A stretch of DNA of 64,000 bases from Mobula hypostoma. Taxonomy: Eukaryota. Numbering within the stretch: the first letter of the stretch is position 1; every line of letters begins with the position of its first letter. The stretch covers positions 113,338,001 through 113,402,000 of the forward strand of contig NC_086108.1 of the NCBI RefSeq assembly GCF_963921235.1, given 5' to 3'. Positions 28,201-44,800 of this stretch are shown one piece after another. The notes under the pieces are model-generated. The model saw only the letters and a program-made list of their open reading frames with translations, was not told where the DNA came from and did no database searches. Both the position numbers and the translations under genes were made by a program.

Positions 28201-31200
28201 ATAGTACAGAACAGGAACAAAGAACAGTACAGAAGAGTACATAACAGGAACACAGAACAATACAGAACAGGAACACAGAACAACACAAACAGGAATATAG
28301 AGCAGTACAGAACAGAAACACAGAACAGGACAGAACAGAAACACAGAACAGTACAGACCAGCAGCACAGAACAGGAACACGGAACAGTACTGAACAGGAA
28401 TATAGAACAGTACAGAACAGGAATATAGAACAGTACAGAACAGGAACACAGAACAGGAAAGAACAGGAACATAGAACAGGACAGAACATGAACATAGAGC
28501 AGTACAAACCAGGAACACAGAAGAGTACCAGACAGGAACACAGAACAATACAGAACAGGAGCAGAGAACAGTACAGAACAGAAACACAGAAGAACAAAGA
28601 ACCGGAACATAGAACAGTACAGAACATGAACATAGAAGACTACAAAACAGGCACATAGAATAGTACAACACAGGAACATAGAACAGAACAGAACAAGAAC
28701 ACAGAACAGTAACACAGAACAGTACAGAAAAGGAACAAGTAGCAGTGCAGAAAAGGAACACAGGAAAGTACAGAACAGGAGCAGTGAACAGTACAGAACA
28801 GGGACACAGAAGAGCAAAGAACCGGAACATAGAACAGTACAGAACATGAACATAGAAGACTACAACACAGGCACATAGAATAGTACAACACAGGAACATA
28901 GAACAGAACAGAACAAGAACACAGAACAGTAACATAGAACAGTACAGAAAAGGAACAAGTAACAGTGCAGAAAAGGAACACAGGACAGTACAGAACAGGA
29001 ACAAAGAACAGAATAACACAGGAACACAGAACAGCACATAACAGGAACACAGAATAGTACAGAACAGGAACAAAGAACAGTACAGAACAGGAACACGGAA
29101 GAGTACAGAACAGGAACACAGAACAGGAAAGAACAGGAACATAGAACAGGACAGAACATGAACATGGAACAGTACAAACCAGGAACACAGAACAGTACCA
29201 GACAGGAACACAGAACAATACAGAACAGGAATATGGAACAGTATAGAACAAGAGCAGAGAACAGTACAGAACAGAAACACAGAACAGTACAGAACAAGAA
29301 CATAGGACAGTACAGAACAGGAACAAAGAACAGAACAACAGAGGAACACAGAACAACACATAACAGGAACACAGAATAGTACAGAACGGTAACAAAGAAC
29401 AGTACAGAAGAGTACAGAACAGTAACACAGAACAGTACAGAACAGGAACATGGAACAGTACAAAACAGGAATATAGAACAGTACAGAACAGGAACACAGA
29501 ACAGTACAGAACAGAAACACAGAACAGTACAGAACAGAAAACAGAGCAGTAAAGAACAGGAACACAGAACAGGACAGAACAGGAACATAGAACAGTATAG
29601 ACCAGCAACACAGAATAGTACAACACAGGAGCATAAAACAGAACAGAACAAGAACACAGAACAGTAACACAGAACAGTACAGAATAGGAACACGTAACAG
29701 TGCAGAAAAGGAACACAGAACAGGAACAAAAAACAGTACAGAAGAAGAACACAGAACAGTACAGAACAGGAACACAGAACAGTACACAACAGGAACATAA
29801 AACAGTACAGAACAAGAACATGGAACACTACAGAACAGGAACACAGAACAGTACAGAACAGGAATATAAAACTGTACAGAACAAGAACACGGAACAGTAC
29901 GGAACAGGAACACAGAATAGTACAGAACAGGAACACAGAGCAGTAAAGAACAGGAACACAGAACAGTACAGACCAGCAACTCAGAGCAATACAGAACAGG
30001 AACACAGAACAGTACACAACAGGAACATTGAACAGTACAAAACAGGAATATAGAACAGTACAGAACAGGAATATAGAACAGTACTAAACAGGAATATAGA
30101 ACAGTACAGAACAGGAATATAGAACAGTACAGAACAGGAACACAGAACAGAAAAGAACAGGAACATAGAACAAGACAGAACATGAACATAGAACAGTACA
30201 AACCAGGAACACAGAACAGTACCAGACAGGAACACAGAACAATACAGAACAGGAATATGGAACAGTACAGAACAGGAGCAGAGAACAGTACAGAACAGAA
30301 ACACAGAAGAGCAAAGAACCGGAATATAGAACAGTACAGAACATGAACATAGAAGACTACAACACAGGCACATAGAATAGTACAACACAGGAACATAGAA
30401 CAGAACAGAACAAGAACACAGAACAGTAACATAGAACAGTACAGAAAAGGAACAAGTAACAGTGCAGAAAAGGAACACAGGACAGTACAGAACAGGAACA
30501 AAGAACAGAATAACACAGGAACACAGAACAGTACACAACAGGAACACAGAATAGAACAGAACGGGAACAAAGAACAGTACACAACAGGAACACGGAAGAG
30601 TACAGAACAGGAACACAGAACAGGAAAGAACAGGAACATAGAACAGGACAGAACATGAATATAGAACAGTACAAACCAGGAACACAGAACAGTACCAGAC
30701 AGGAACACAGAACAATACAGAACAGGAATATGGAACAGTATAGAACAGGAGCAGAGAACAGTACAGAACAGAAACACAGAACAGTACAGAACAAGAACAC
30801 AGGACAGTACAGAACAGGAACAAAGAACATAACAACAGAGGAACACAGAACAACACATAACAGGAACACAGAATAGAACAGAACAGTAACAAAGAACAGT
30901 ACAGAAGAGTACAGAACAGGAACACAGAACAGTACAGAACAGGAACATGGAACAGTACAAAACAGGAATATAGAACAGTACAGAACAGGAACACAGAACA
31001 ATACAGAACAGGAACATAGAACAACACAAACAGGAATATAGAACAGTACAGAACAGGAACACAGAATAATGCAGAACAGGAACATGGAACAGTACAGAAC
31101 AGGAGCAGAGAACAGTACAGAACAGAAACACAGAACAGTACAGAACACGAACATAGAACAGTGCAACACAGGAACACAGAACAGTACAGAACAGGAACAC

Positions 31201-34200
31201 AGAGCAGTAAAGAACAGGAACACAGAACAGGACAGAACAGGAACATAGAACAGTACAGACCAGCAACACAGAACAGTACAGACCAGCAACACAGAACTGT
31301 ACAGAACAGGAACACAGAACAATACAGAACAGGAACATGGAACAGTACAGATCAAGAACACGGAACAGTACAGAACAGAAACACAGAACAGGAGCAGTGA
31401 ACAGTACAGAACAGGGGCACAGAAGAGCAGAGAACCGGAACATAGAACAGTACAGAACATGAACATAGAAGACTACAAAACAGGCACATAGAATAGTACA
31501 ACACAGGAACATAGAACAGAACAGAACAACACAGAACAGTAACACAGAACAGTACAGAAATGGAACAAGTAACAGTGCAGAAAAGGAACACAGGACAGTA
31601 CAGACCAGCAACATAGAACTGTACAGAACAGGAACACAGAACAATACAGAACAGGAACATGGAAAAGTACAGAACAGGAACACAGAACAGTACAGAACAG
31701 GAAGAAAGAACAGTACAGAACAGGAACATAGAACAGTACGGAACAGTACAGAACAGGAACATAGAACAACACAAACAGGAATATAGAACAGTACAGAACA
31801 GGAACACAGAATAATGCAGAACAGGAACATGGAACAGTACAGAACAGGAGCAGAGAACAGTACAGAACAGAAACACAGAACAGTACAGAACACGAACATA
31901 GAACAGTGCAACACAGGAACACAGAACAGTACAGAACAGGAACACAGAGCAGTAAAGAACAGGAACACAGAACAGGACAGAACAGGAACATAGAACAGTA
32001 CAGACCAGCAACACAGAACAGTACAGAACAGGAACACAGAACAATACAGAACAGGAACATGGAACAGTACAGATCAAGAACACGGAACAGTACAGAACAG
32101 AAACACAGAACAGGAGCAGTGAACAGTACAGAACAGGGGCACAGAAGAGCAGAGAACCGGAACATAGAACAGTACAGAACATGAACATAGAAGACTACAA
32201 AACAGGCACATAGAATAGTACAACACAGGAACATAGAACAGAACAGAACAACAACACAGAACAGTAACACAGAACAGTACAGAAATGGAACAAGTAACAG
32301 TGCAGAAAAGGAACACAGGACAGTACAGACCAGCAACATAGAACTGTACAGAACAGGAACACAGAACAATACAGAACAGGAACATGGAACAGTACAGATC
32401 AGGAACACGGAACAGTACAGAACAGGAAGAAAGAACAGTACAGAACAGGAACATAGAACAGTACGGAACAGTACAGAACAGGAACACGGACGACTACAGA
32501 ACAGGAACATGGACCAGTACAGAACAGGAACACATAAGAACACAAACAGGAACAAGGAACAGTACAGAACAGGAGCAGAGAACAGTACAGAGCAGGAACA
32601 TAAAACAGTACAGAACAACAACATGGAACAGTACAGAACAGGAACACAGAACAGTACAGAACAGGAGCATAAACAGTACAGAACAGCAACACAGAACAGG
32701 AATATATAACAGTACAGAACAGGAACACAGAACAGTACAGAATGGGAACACAGACCAGTACAGAATGGGAACACAGAACAGTACAGAACGGGAACATAGA
32801 ACAGTACAGATCAAGAACACAGAACAGTACAGAACAGGAACATATAACAGTACAGAACAGGAACATATAACAGTACAGAACAGGAACACAGAACAGTACA
32901 GAACAGGAACATAAAACAGTACAGAAAAGTAACATTGAACAGTGCAACACAGGAACATAGAACAGTACAGAACAGGAACACAGAACAGTACAGAACAGGA
33001 AGAAAGAACAGTACAGAACAAGAACATGGAATGGTACAGAACAGAAACACAGAACAATACAGAACAGGAAAGAACTGGAACATAGAACAGTACAGAACAG
33101 GAACACAGAACAGTGCAACACAGGAACATAGAACACTACAACACAGGCACATAGAATAGTACAACACAGGAGCATAAAACAGAACAGAACAAGAACACAG
33201 AACAGTACAGAAAAGGAACACGTAACAGTGCAGAAAAGGAACACAGAACAGTACAGAACAGGAACAAAGAACAGTACAGAAGAAGAACACAGAACAGTAC
33301 AGAACAGGAACACAGAACAGTACACAACAGGAACATTGAACAGTACAAAACAGGAATATAGAACAGTACAGAACAGGAATATAGAACAATACAGAACAGA
33401 AACACAGAGCAGTAAAGAACAGGAACACAGAACAGGAAAGAACAGGAACATAGAACAAGATAGAACATGAACATAGAACAGTACAAACCAGGAACACAGA
33501 ACAGTACCAGACAGGAACACAGAACAATACAGAACAGGAATATGGAAAAGTATAGAACAGGAGCAGAGAACAGTACAGAACAGAAACACAGAAGAGCAAA
33601 TAACTGGAACATAGAAGACTAAAACACAGGCACATAGAAGAGTACAACACAGGAACATAGAACAGAACAGAACAAGAACACAGAACAGTAACACAGAACA
33701 GTACAGAAAAGGAACAAGTAGCAGTGCAGAAAAGGAACACAGGAAAGTACAGAACAGGAGCAGTGAACAGTGCAGAACAGGGACACAGAAGAGCAAAGAA
33801 CCGGAACATAGAACAGTACAGAACATGAACATAGAAGACTACAACACAGGCACATAGAATAGTACAACACAGGAACATAGAACAGAACAGAACAAGAACA
33901 CAGAACAGTGCAGAAAAGGAACACAGGACAGTACAGAACAGGAACAAAGAACAGAATAACACAGGAACACAGAACAGTACACAACAGGAACATTGAACAG
34001 TACAGAACAGGAATATAGAACAGTACAGAACAGGAACACGGAACAAAAAAGAACAGGAACATAGAACAGGACAGAACATGAACATAGAGCAGTACAAACC
34101 AGGAACACAGAACAGTACAGAACAGGAACACAGAGCAGTAAAGAACAGGAACACAGAATAGTACAGAACAGTAACAAAGAACAGTACAGAAGAGTACAGA

Positions 34201-35850
34201 ACAGTAACACAGAACAGTAGACAACAGGAATATAGAACAGTACAGAACAAGAACACAGAACAATACAGAACAGGAACACAGAACAACACAAACAGGAATA
34301 TAGAACAGTGCAACACAGGAACACAGAACAGTACAGAACAGGAACACAGAGCAGTAAAGAACAGGAACACAGAACAGTACAGACCAGCAACACAGAACAG
34401 TACAGAACAGGAACATAGAACAGTGCAACACAGGAACACAGAACAGTACAGAACAGGAACACAGAGCAGTAAAGGACAGGAACACAGAACAGTACAGACC
34501 AGCAACACAGAACAGTACAGACCAGCAACATAGAACTGTACAGAACAGGAACACAGAACAATACAGAACAGGAACATGGAACAGTACAGATCAGGAACAC
34601 GGAACAGTACAGAACAGAAACACAGAACAGGAGCAGTGAACAGTACAGAACAGGGGCACAGAAGAGCAGAGAACCGGAACATAGAACAGTACAGAACATG
34701 AATATAGAAGACTACAAAACAGGCACATAGAATAGTACAACACAGGAACATAGAACAGAACAGAACAACACAGAACAGTAACACAGAACAGTACAGAAAT
34801 GGAACAAGTAACAGTGCAGAAAAGGAACACAGGACAGTACAGACCAGCAACATAGAACAGAACAGAACAAGAACACAGAACAGTAACATAGAACAGTGCA
34901 GAAAAGGAACACAGGACAGTACAGAACAGGAACAAAGAACGGAATAACACAGGAACACAGAACAGCACATAACAGGAACACAGAATAGTACAGAACAGGA
35001 ACAAAGAACAGTACACAACAGGAACACGGAACAGTACAAAACAGGAATATAGAACAGTACAGAACAGTAACACAGGACAATACAGAACAGGAACACAGAA
35101 CAACACAAACAGGAATATAGAACAGTACAGAACAGGAGCAGAGAACAGCACAGAACAGGAACACAGAGCAGTAAAGAACAGGAATACAGAGCAATACAGA
35201 ACAGGAACACAGAATAATACAGAACAGGAACATGGAACAGTACAGAACAGGAACACAGAACAGTACAGACCAGCAACATAGAACTGTACAGAACAGGAAC
35301 ACAGAACAATACAGAACAGGAACATGGAACAGTACAGATCAGGAACACGGAACAGTACAGAACAGAAACACAGAACAGAAGCAGTGAACAGTATAGAACA
35401 GGGGCACAGAAGAGCAGAGAACCGGAACATAGAACAGTACAGAACATGAACATAGAAGACTACAAAACAGGCACATAGAATAGTACAACACAGGAACATA
35501 GAACAGAACAGAACAAGAACCAGAATAGTAACACAGAACAGTACAGAAAAGGAACAAGTAACAGTGCAGAAAAGGAACACAGGACAGTACAGAACAGGAA
35601 CAAAGAACAGAACAACACAGGAACACAGAACAACACATAACAGAAACACAGAATAGTACAGAACAGTAACAAAGAACAGTACAGAAGAGTACAGAACAGG
35701 AACACAGAACAGTACAGAACAGGAACATGGAACAGTACAAAACAGGAATATAGAACAGTACAGAACAGGAACAAAGAACAATACAGAACAGGAACACAGA
35801 ACAACACAAACAGGAATATAGAACAGTACAGAACAGGAACACAGAACAGG
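25250..35850. repeat. Satellite domain B: distinct variant family with irregular short duplications
   Basis: The markers GAAGACTAC...AGGCACATAGAATAG, GAACAAGTAACAGTGC and CAGACCAGCAAC were seen only in this interval. The AGGCACATAG marker occurs about 14 times between about 25,340 and 35,470. Duplication offsets include 1,497 (29158/30655), 722 (31352/32074), 4,979 (28640/33619) and 7,913 (26678/34591). Confidence 0.8.
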
Positions 35851-38800
35851 AACATAGAACAGGTCAACACAGGAACATAGAACAGTACAGAACAGGAACA
35901 AAGTACATTACACAACAGGAACATAGAACAGTACAGAACAGGAACAAAGAACAGTTCAGAACAGTAATATAGAACAGTACAGAACAGGAACAGAGAACAG
36001 TACAGATCAGGAACACAGAACAGCATAGAACATGAACGTAGAACAGTACAGCACAGGAACACAGAAAAGTACAGAATACAAACACAGAACAGTGCAGAAC
36101 AGTAACACAGAACAGTACAGAACAGGAACATTGAACAGTACACACCAGGAACACGGAACAGTACAGAACAGGAACATGGAATAGGACAGAAGAGAAACAG
36201 AGAACAGTATAGAACAGGAACACCGAACAGTACAGAACAGGAACATAGAACAGTACAACACAGGAACACAGGACAATACAGACGAGGAACACAGAACAGT
36301 ACAAACAGGAACATAGAACAGTACAACACAGGAACCTAGAACGGTACAGAACAGGAACATAGAACAGGAACACAGAACAGTAGAGAAAAGGAACACGTAA
36401 CAGCACAGAACACAAACACAGGACAGTACAGAACAGTACAGAACAGTAACATGGAACAGTACAACACACAAACATAGTACAGTGCAGAACAGGAACACAG
36501 AACAGAACAGAACAGGGACATAGAACAGTCCAGATCAGGAACATTGAACAGAACAGAACAGGAACATAGACCAGTACAGAACAGGAACAGGGAACAGTAC
36601 AGAAGAGAAACAGATAACAGTGCAGAAGAGGAACACAGAACAGTACAGAACAGGAACATGGAACAGTACAGTACAGGAACGCAGAACAGTACAGAGCAGG
36701 AACATAGAACAATACAACACAAGAACATAAAACAGTACATAACAGGAACATGGAACAGTACAGAACAGGAACAGAGAACAGAACAATACAGGAACATAGA
36801 ACACTACAGAACAGGAACATAGAACAATACTGAATGGGAACAGAGAACAGCACAGAACATGAATATAGAACAGTACAACACAGGAACACAGAACAATACA
36901 GAAAAGGAACACAGAACAGTACAGAAAAGGAACATGGACCAGGACAGAACAGGAACACGGACTAATACAGAATAGGAGCATGAACTAGTACGCAACAGGA
37001 ACAGGGAACAGTACAAACAGGAACACAGAACAGTACAGAACAGGAACTTGGAACAGCGCAGAACAGGAACAGTGAACAGTACAGAACAGGAACAGACAAC
37101 AGTACAGACCATGAATATAAAACAGTACAGAATAGGAACACAGAACAGTACAGACCAGGAACACAGAACAGGAGCACGGAATAGTATGGAACAGTACAGA
37201 ACCGGAACACGGACCAGTACAGAACAGGAACACAGACCAATACAGAATAGGAACACGTACCAGTGCAAAACGGGAACACGGAACAGTACAAACAGGAACA
37301 CAGAACAGTACAGAACAGGAACACGGAACACTACAGAACAGGAACATAGAACACTACAGAACAGGAACACAGAACAGTACAGAACAGGAACATAGAACAG
37401 TACAGAACAGGAAGACGAAACAGTACGCAACAGTACAGAACAGGAGCATGGAATAGTACAGACCAGGAACACGGAACAGTACAAAATGGAATATGGAACA
37501 GTACAGAACAAGAGCAGAGAACAGTCCAGAACAGGAACACAGAACAGCATAGAACATGGACATAGAACAGTACAGCACAGGAACACAGAATAGGACAGAA
37601 GAGAAACAGAGAACAGTGCAGAACAGGAACACGTTACAGTACAGAACAGGAACATAGAACAGTACAACACAGGAACACAGAACAATACAGAAGAGGAACA
37701 CAGAACAGTACAAATAGGAACATAGAACAGTGCAACACAGGAACCTAGAAAGGTACAGAACAGGAACATAGAACAGGAACACAGAACAGTGCAGAAAAGA
37801 AACACATAACAGCACAGAACAGAAACACAGGACAGTACAGAACAGGAACATAGAACAGTACAACACAGGAACACAGAACAGTAGATAACAGGAACAGAGA
37901 ACAGGTACATAGCACAGCACAGAATACGTACAGAGAACAGTACAGAACAGAAACATGGAACAGTACAGAACAGAAACACGGAACAGTACAGAACAGAAAC
38001 ACGGAACAGTACATAACAGCAACACTGGACAGCACAGAACTGGAACATGGAACAAGATAGAACAAGAACAGAGAACAATACAGAACAGGAACACGTAACA
38101 TTACAAAACAGGAACATGGAACAGCACAGAACAGGAATGTAGAACAGTACAGAACAGGAACACAGAACAGTAAACACCGGAATGCAGAACAGTACAGAAC
38201 AGGAACATAGAACAGTACAGGACTGGAACACAGAACAGAACAGAGAAGGAACACAAAACAGTACAGAACAGGAATACGGAACAGCAGGCAACAGTACAGA
38301 ACAGGAACATGGAACAATACAGAACAGGAACACGGAGCAGTACAAACAGGAATACGGAACCGTACAGAACAGGAGCAGAGAACAGTCCAGAACACAAACA
38401 CAGAACAGCATAGAACATGAACATGGAACAGTACAACACAGAACAGGAACACAGAACAGTACAGAACACTAACACAGAGCAGTACAGAACAGGAAGAGTG
38501 AGCAGTGCACACCAGGAACACAGAACAGTACAGAACATGAACACGGAACAGTACACAACAGGAAAAACGAACAGTACAGAACAGGAACAACGAACAGTAC
38601 AGAACAGGAATATGGAACAGTACAAACAGGAATACAGAACAGGAGCAGAGAACAGTCCACAACAGGAACACAGAACAGCATAGAACATGAACATGGAACA
38701 GTACAACACAGGAAAACAGAACAGTACAGAACAGTAACACAGAACAGTACAGAACAGGAAGATTGAGCAGTGCACACCAGGAAAACAGAACAGTACAGAA

Positions 38801-41800
38801 CATGAACACGGAACAGTACAGAACAGGAAAAACGAACAGTACAGAACAGGAACAACGAACAGTACAGAACAGGAATATGGAACAGCACAGAATAGGAACA
38901 CGGAACAGTACAGAACAGCAACACAGAACACTACAGAACAAGAGTACAGAACAGTACAGTACAGGAACATGGAACAGTACAACACACGAACATAGAACAG
39001 TGCAGAACAGGAGTATAGAACAGTACAGAACAGGAACAAAGAACAGTACAGAACAGGAACACAGAACAGTAAACACCGGAATGCAGAACAGTACAGAACA
39101 GGAACATAGAACAGTACAGGACTAGAACACAGAACAGAACAGAGAAGGAACACAAAACAGTACAGAACAGGAATACGGAACAGCAGGCAACGGTACAGAA
39201 CAGGAACACGGAGCACTACAAACAGGAATACAGAACAGTACAGAACAGGAGTCGAGAACAGTCCACAACAGGAACACAGAACAGCATAGAACATGAACAT
39301 GGAACAGTACAACACAGGAAAACAGTACAGTACAGAACAGGAACACAGAACAGTAACACAGAACAGTACAGAACAGGAACACAGAACAGTATGGAACAGT
39401 AGAAAACAGGAACATGGAACAGTACAGAACAGTAACAGAGAACAGTACATAACAGGAACAGAGACAGTACAGAACAGGAACAACGAACAGTACAGAACAG
39501 GAATATGGAACAGCACAGAATAGGAACACGGAACAGTACAGAACAGCAACACAGAACACTACAGAACAAGAGTACAGAACAGTACAGTACAGGAACATGG
39601 AACAGTACAACACACGAACATAGAACAGTGCAGAACAGGAGTATAGAACAGTACAGAACAGGAACAAAGAACAGTACAGAACAGGAACACAGAACAGTAA
39701 ACACCGGAATGCAGAACAGTACAGAACAGGAACATAGAACAGTACAGGACTAGAACACAGAACAGAACAGAGAAGGAACACAAAACAGTACAGAACAGGA
39801 ATACGGAACAGCAGGCAACGGTACAGAACAGGAACACGGAGCACTACAAACAGGAATACAGAACAGTACAGAACAGGAGTCGAGAACAGTCCACAACAGG
39901 AACACAGAACAGCATAGAACATGAACATGGAACAGTACAACACAGGAAAACAGTACAGTACAGAACAGGAACACAGAACAGTAACACAGAACAGTACAGA
40001 ACAGGAACACAGAACAGTATGGAACAGTAGAAAACAGGAACATGGAACAGTACAGAACAGTAACAGAGAACAGTACATAACAGGAACAGAGACAGTACAG
40101 AACAGAAACACGGATCAGTACAGAACAGGAACACGGACCAATACAGAATAGGAACACGGACCACTATACAGCAGGAACACGGAGCAGTACAGACAGGTAC
40201 ACAGAACAGTACAGTACAGGAACATGGAACAGCACAGAACAGAAACACGGAACAGAACAGAACAGGAGCATAGAACGGTCCAGAACAGGAACACAGAACA
40301 GTACAGAACAGGAACACGGAACAGTACAGAACAAGAACATAGAACAGTACAGAACAGGAAAACAGAACAGTAGAGTACAGGAACGCAGAGCAGTACAGAG
40401 CAGGAACATGGAACAGTATAACACAGGAATATAGAACAGTACAGAACAGGAACATGGAACAGCACAACACAGGAATATAAAACAGTACAGAACAGGAACA
40501 TGGAACAATACAGAAAAGGAACACGGAACAGAACAGAACAGGAGCATAGAACGGTCCAGAACAGGAACACAGAACAGTACAGAACAGGAACACGGAACAG
40601 TACAGAACAAGAACATAGAACAGTACAGAACAAGAAAGCAGAACAGTAGAGTACAGGAATGCAGAACAGTACAGAGCAGGAACATGGAACAGGAACACAG
40701 AAGTGTACAGAAAAGGAACACGTAACAGCACAGAACAGGAACACAAGACAGTACAGAACAGGAACATGGAACAGTACAACACAGGAACACAGAACAGTAC
40801 ATAACAGGAACACAGAACAATACAGGACAAGTAAACAGAACACTACAGAACAGGAACACAGAACAGTACAGAATAGGAACACAGAACAGTACAGAACTGA
40901 TACAAGGTGCAATATAGAACAGGAAAAGGGAACACTACGGAAAAGGAACAGGGAACACTACAGAACAGGAATATGGAACAGTACAGAACAGGAACATGCA
41001 ACAGCACAGAATACGAACACGGAACACTACAGAACAGGACCATTGAACACTACAGAACAGGAACATAGAACAGTACAAAACAGGAACATAGAACAGTACA
41101 AAACAGGAACTTAGAACAGTACAACACACAAACATAGAACAGTGCAGAACAGGAGCATAGAACAGTACAGAACAGGAACACAGAACAGGAATATAGAACA
41201 GTACATAACAGGAACACAGAACAGTACAACACAGGAACACAGAACAGTTCAGCACATGAACATAGAATAGTACAGGACTGGAACACAGAACAGTACAGAC
41301 CAGGAACACAGAACGGTAGTGAACAGGAACACAGAACAGTACAGAATAGGAACACAAAACAGTACAGAACAGGAATATAGATGGTACAGAACAGGAAAAC
41401 AGAACAGTAAAGAACAGGAACATAGAGCAGTACAGAACAGGAACATAGAACAGTACAACAAAGGAACACAGAACAGTACAGAACAGGAACATAGAACAGT
41501 AGAGAACAGGAACACGGAACAGTACAGAAAAGGAACACAGAACATTTCAGAACAGAGACACAGAACAGTACAGACCAGGAACACAGAACAGTACAGACCA
41601 GGAACACGGAACAGTACAACAGTGGATCATAGAAGAATACAACACAGGAACACAGAACAGGAATACAGAACAGTACAAAACAGGAACATGGAACAGTACA
41701 GAACTGGAACATAATACAGTACAGAACATGAACATAGAACAGTACAGAACAGGAGCACAGAATAGTAGAGAACAGGGACATAGAACAGTACAGAGCTGAA

Positions 41801-44800
41801 ACACATAACAGAAATACAACCGGAACACAGAACAGTACAGAACAGGAACATAGAACAGTACAGAACAGGAACAAACAACGGAACAGTACAGAACAGGAAC
41901 ATAGAACAGCAGAGATCAGGAATATAGAACACGTAAGAACAGGAACACAGAACAGTACAGAAAAGGAACACAGAACAGTACAGAACAGGAACACGGAACA
42001 GTACACAACAGAAACACAGAACAGTGCAGAACAGGAACACAGAACAGGAACAGAATACAGAGCAGTACAGGGACACAGAACAGTACAGAACAGGAACACA
42101 GAACAGTACAACACAGGAACATAGAATACTACAGAACAGGAACATATAACAGTACAGAACAGGAACACGGAACAGTACAGAACAGGAACATGGAACAGTA
42201 CAGAACAGGAACATACAAAAGTACAGAAAAGGAGCATAGAATAGTACAGAACAGGAACACAGAACAGTACAGAACAGGAAGATTGAGCAGTGCACACCAG
42301 GAAAACAGAACAGTACAGAACATGATCACGTAACATTACAGAACAGGAACATGGAACAGCACAGAACAGGAACACGGATCAGTACAGAACAGGAACATAG
42401 AACAGTCCAGAACAGGAATGTAGAACAGTACAGAACAGGAACACAGATCAGTACAGAACAGGAACATAGAACAGTACAGAACAGGAACACAGAACAGTAA
42501 ACACCGGAATGCAGAACAGGAACATAGAACAGTACAGGACTGGAACACAGAACAGAACAGAGAAGGAATACAAAACAGGAGAGAACAGGATTACGGAACA
42601 GCAGGCAACAGTATAGAACAGGAACATGGAATAGGACAGAACAGAAACACAGAACAGTACAGAACAGTAACACAGAACAGTACAGAACAGGAAGATTGAG
42701 CAGTGCACACCAGGAACACAGAACAGTACAGAATATGAACACGGAACAGTACAGAACAGGAAAAATGAACAGTACAGAACAGGAACACGTAACATTACAA
42801 AACAGGAACATGGAACAGCACAGAACAGGAATGTAGAACAGTACAGAACAGGAACACAGAACAGTAAACACCGGAATGCAGAACAGTACAGAACAGGAAC
42901 ATAGAACAGTACAGGACTGGAACACAGAACAGAACAGAAAAGGAACACAAAACAGTACAGAACAGGAATACGGAACAGCAGGCAACAGTACAGAACAGGA
43001 ACATGGAACAATACAGAACAGGAACACGGAGCAGTACAAACAGGAATACGGAACCGTACAGAACAGAAGCAGAGAACAGTCCAGAACACAAACACAGAAC
43101 AGCATAGAACATGAACATGGAACAGTACAACACAGAACAGGAACACAGAACAGTACAGAACAGGATGAGTGAGCAGTGCACACCAGGAACACAGATCAGT
43201 ACAGAACATGAACACGGAACTGTACAGAACAGGAAAAACGAACAGTACAGAACAGGAACAACAAAGAGTACAGAACAGGAATATGGAACAGCACAGAATA
43301 GGAACACGGAACAGTACAGAACAGGAACACAGAACACTACAGAACAAGAGTACAGAACAGTAGAGTACAGGAACACAGAACAGTAAACACCGGAATGCAG
43401 AACAGTACAGAACAGGAACATAGAACAGTACAGGACTAGAACACAGAACAGAGAAGGAACACAAAACAGTACAGAACAGGAATACGGAACAGCAGGCAAC
43501 AGTACAGAACAGGAACACGGAGCAGTACAAACAGGAATACGGAACAGTACAGAACAGGAGCAGAGAACAGTCCAGAACAGGAACACAGAACAGCATAGAA
43601 CATGAACATGGAACAGTACAGAACAGGAACACAGAACAGTACAGAACAGTAACACAGAACAGTACAGAACAGGAAGATTGAGCAGTGCACACCAGGAACA
43701 CAGAACAGTACAGAATATGAACACGGAACAGTACAGAACAGGAACAACGAACAGTACAGAACAGGAACACGTAACATTACAAAACAGGAACATGGAACAG
43801 CACAGAACAGGAATGTAGAACAGTACAGAACAGGAACACAGAACAGTACAGAACAGGAACATAGAACAGTACAGAACAAGTACACAGAACAGTACAGAAC
43901 AGAAACAGAACAGTACAGAAGAGGAACACAGAACAGTACAGAACAGGAACATGGAACAAAACAGAACAATAACATAGAACAGTACAGAACAGTACAGTAC
44001 AGGAACACAGAACAGTACAGAACAGGAACATAGAACAGTACAGAACAGGAATACAGAGGAGTCCAGAACAGCAACACAGAACAGGAACACAGAACCATAC
44101 AGAACAGGAACAAACAACGGAACAGTACAGAACAGGAACATAGAACAGCAGAGATCAGGAATATAGAACACGTAAGAAGAGGAACACAGAACAGTACAGA
44201 AAAGGAACACAGAACAGTACAGAACAGGAACACGGAACAGTACACAACAGAAACACAGAACAGTACAGAACAGGAACACAGAACAGTGCAGAACAGGAAC
44301 TGAGAACAGTACAGAACACGAACACGGAACAGTACAGAACGGGCACACGGAACAGTACAGAACGGGAACACAGAACAGTATAGAACTGGAACAGAGGGCA
44401 GTACAGAACAGGAACACAGAACAGTCCAGAACAGGAACACGGAACAGTACAGAACAGGAACAGACAACAGTACAGAACAGGAACACGGAACATTACAGAA
44501 CAGGAACACGGAACATTACAGAACAGGAACTTGGAACAGTACAGAACAGGTACAACAGAACAGTCCAGAACAGCAACACAGAACAGGAACACAGAACCAT
44601 ACAGAACAGGAACAAAGAACGGAACAGTACAGAACATGAACATAGTACAAAACAGGTACATGGAACAGTACAGAACAGGAACACAGAACACAGCAGAACA
44701 GGAACAGAGAACATCACAGAAGAGGAACATAGAACAGTACAGAACAGGAAAACGGAACAGTGCAGAACCAGAACACAGAACCATACAGAACAGAAACAAA

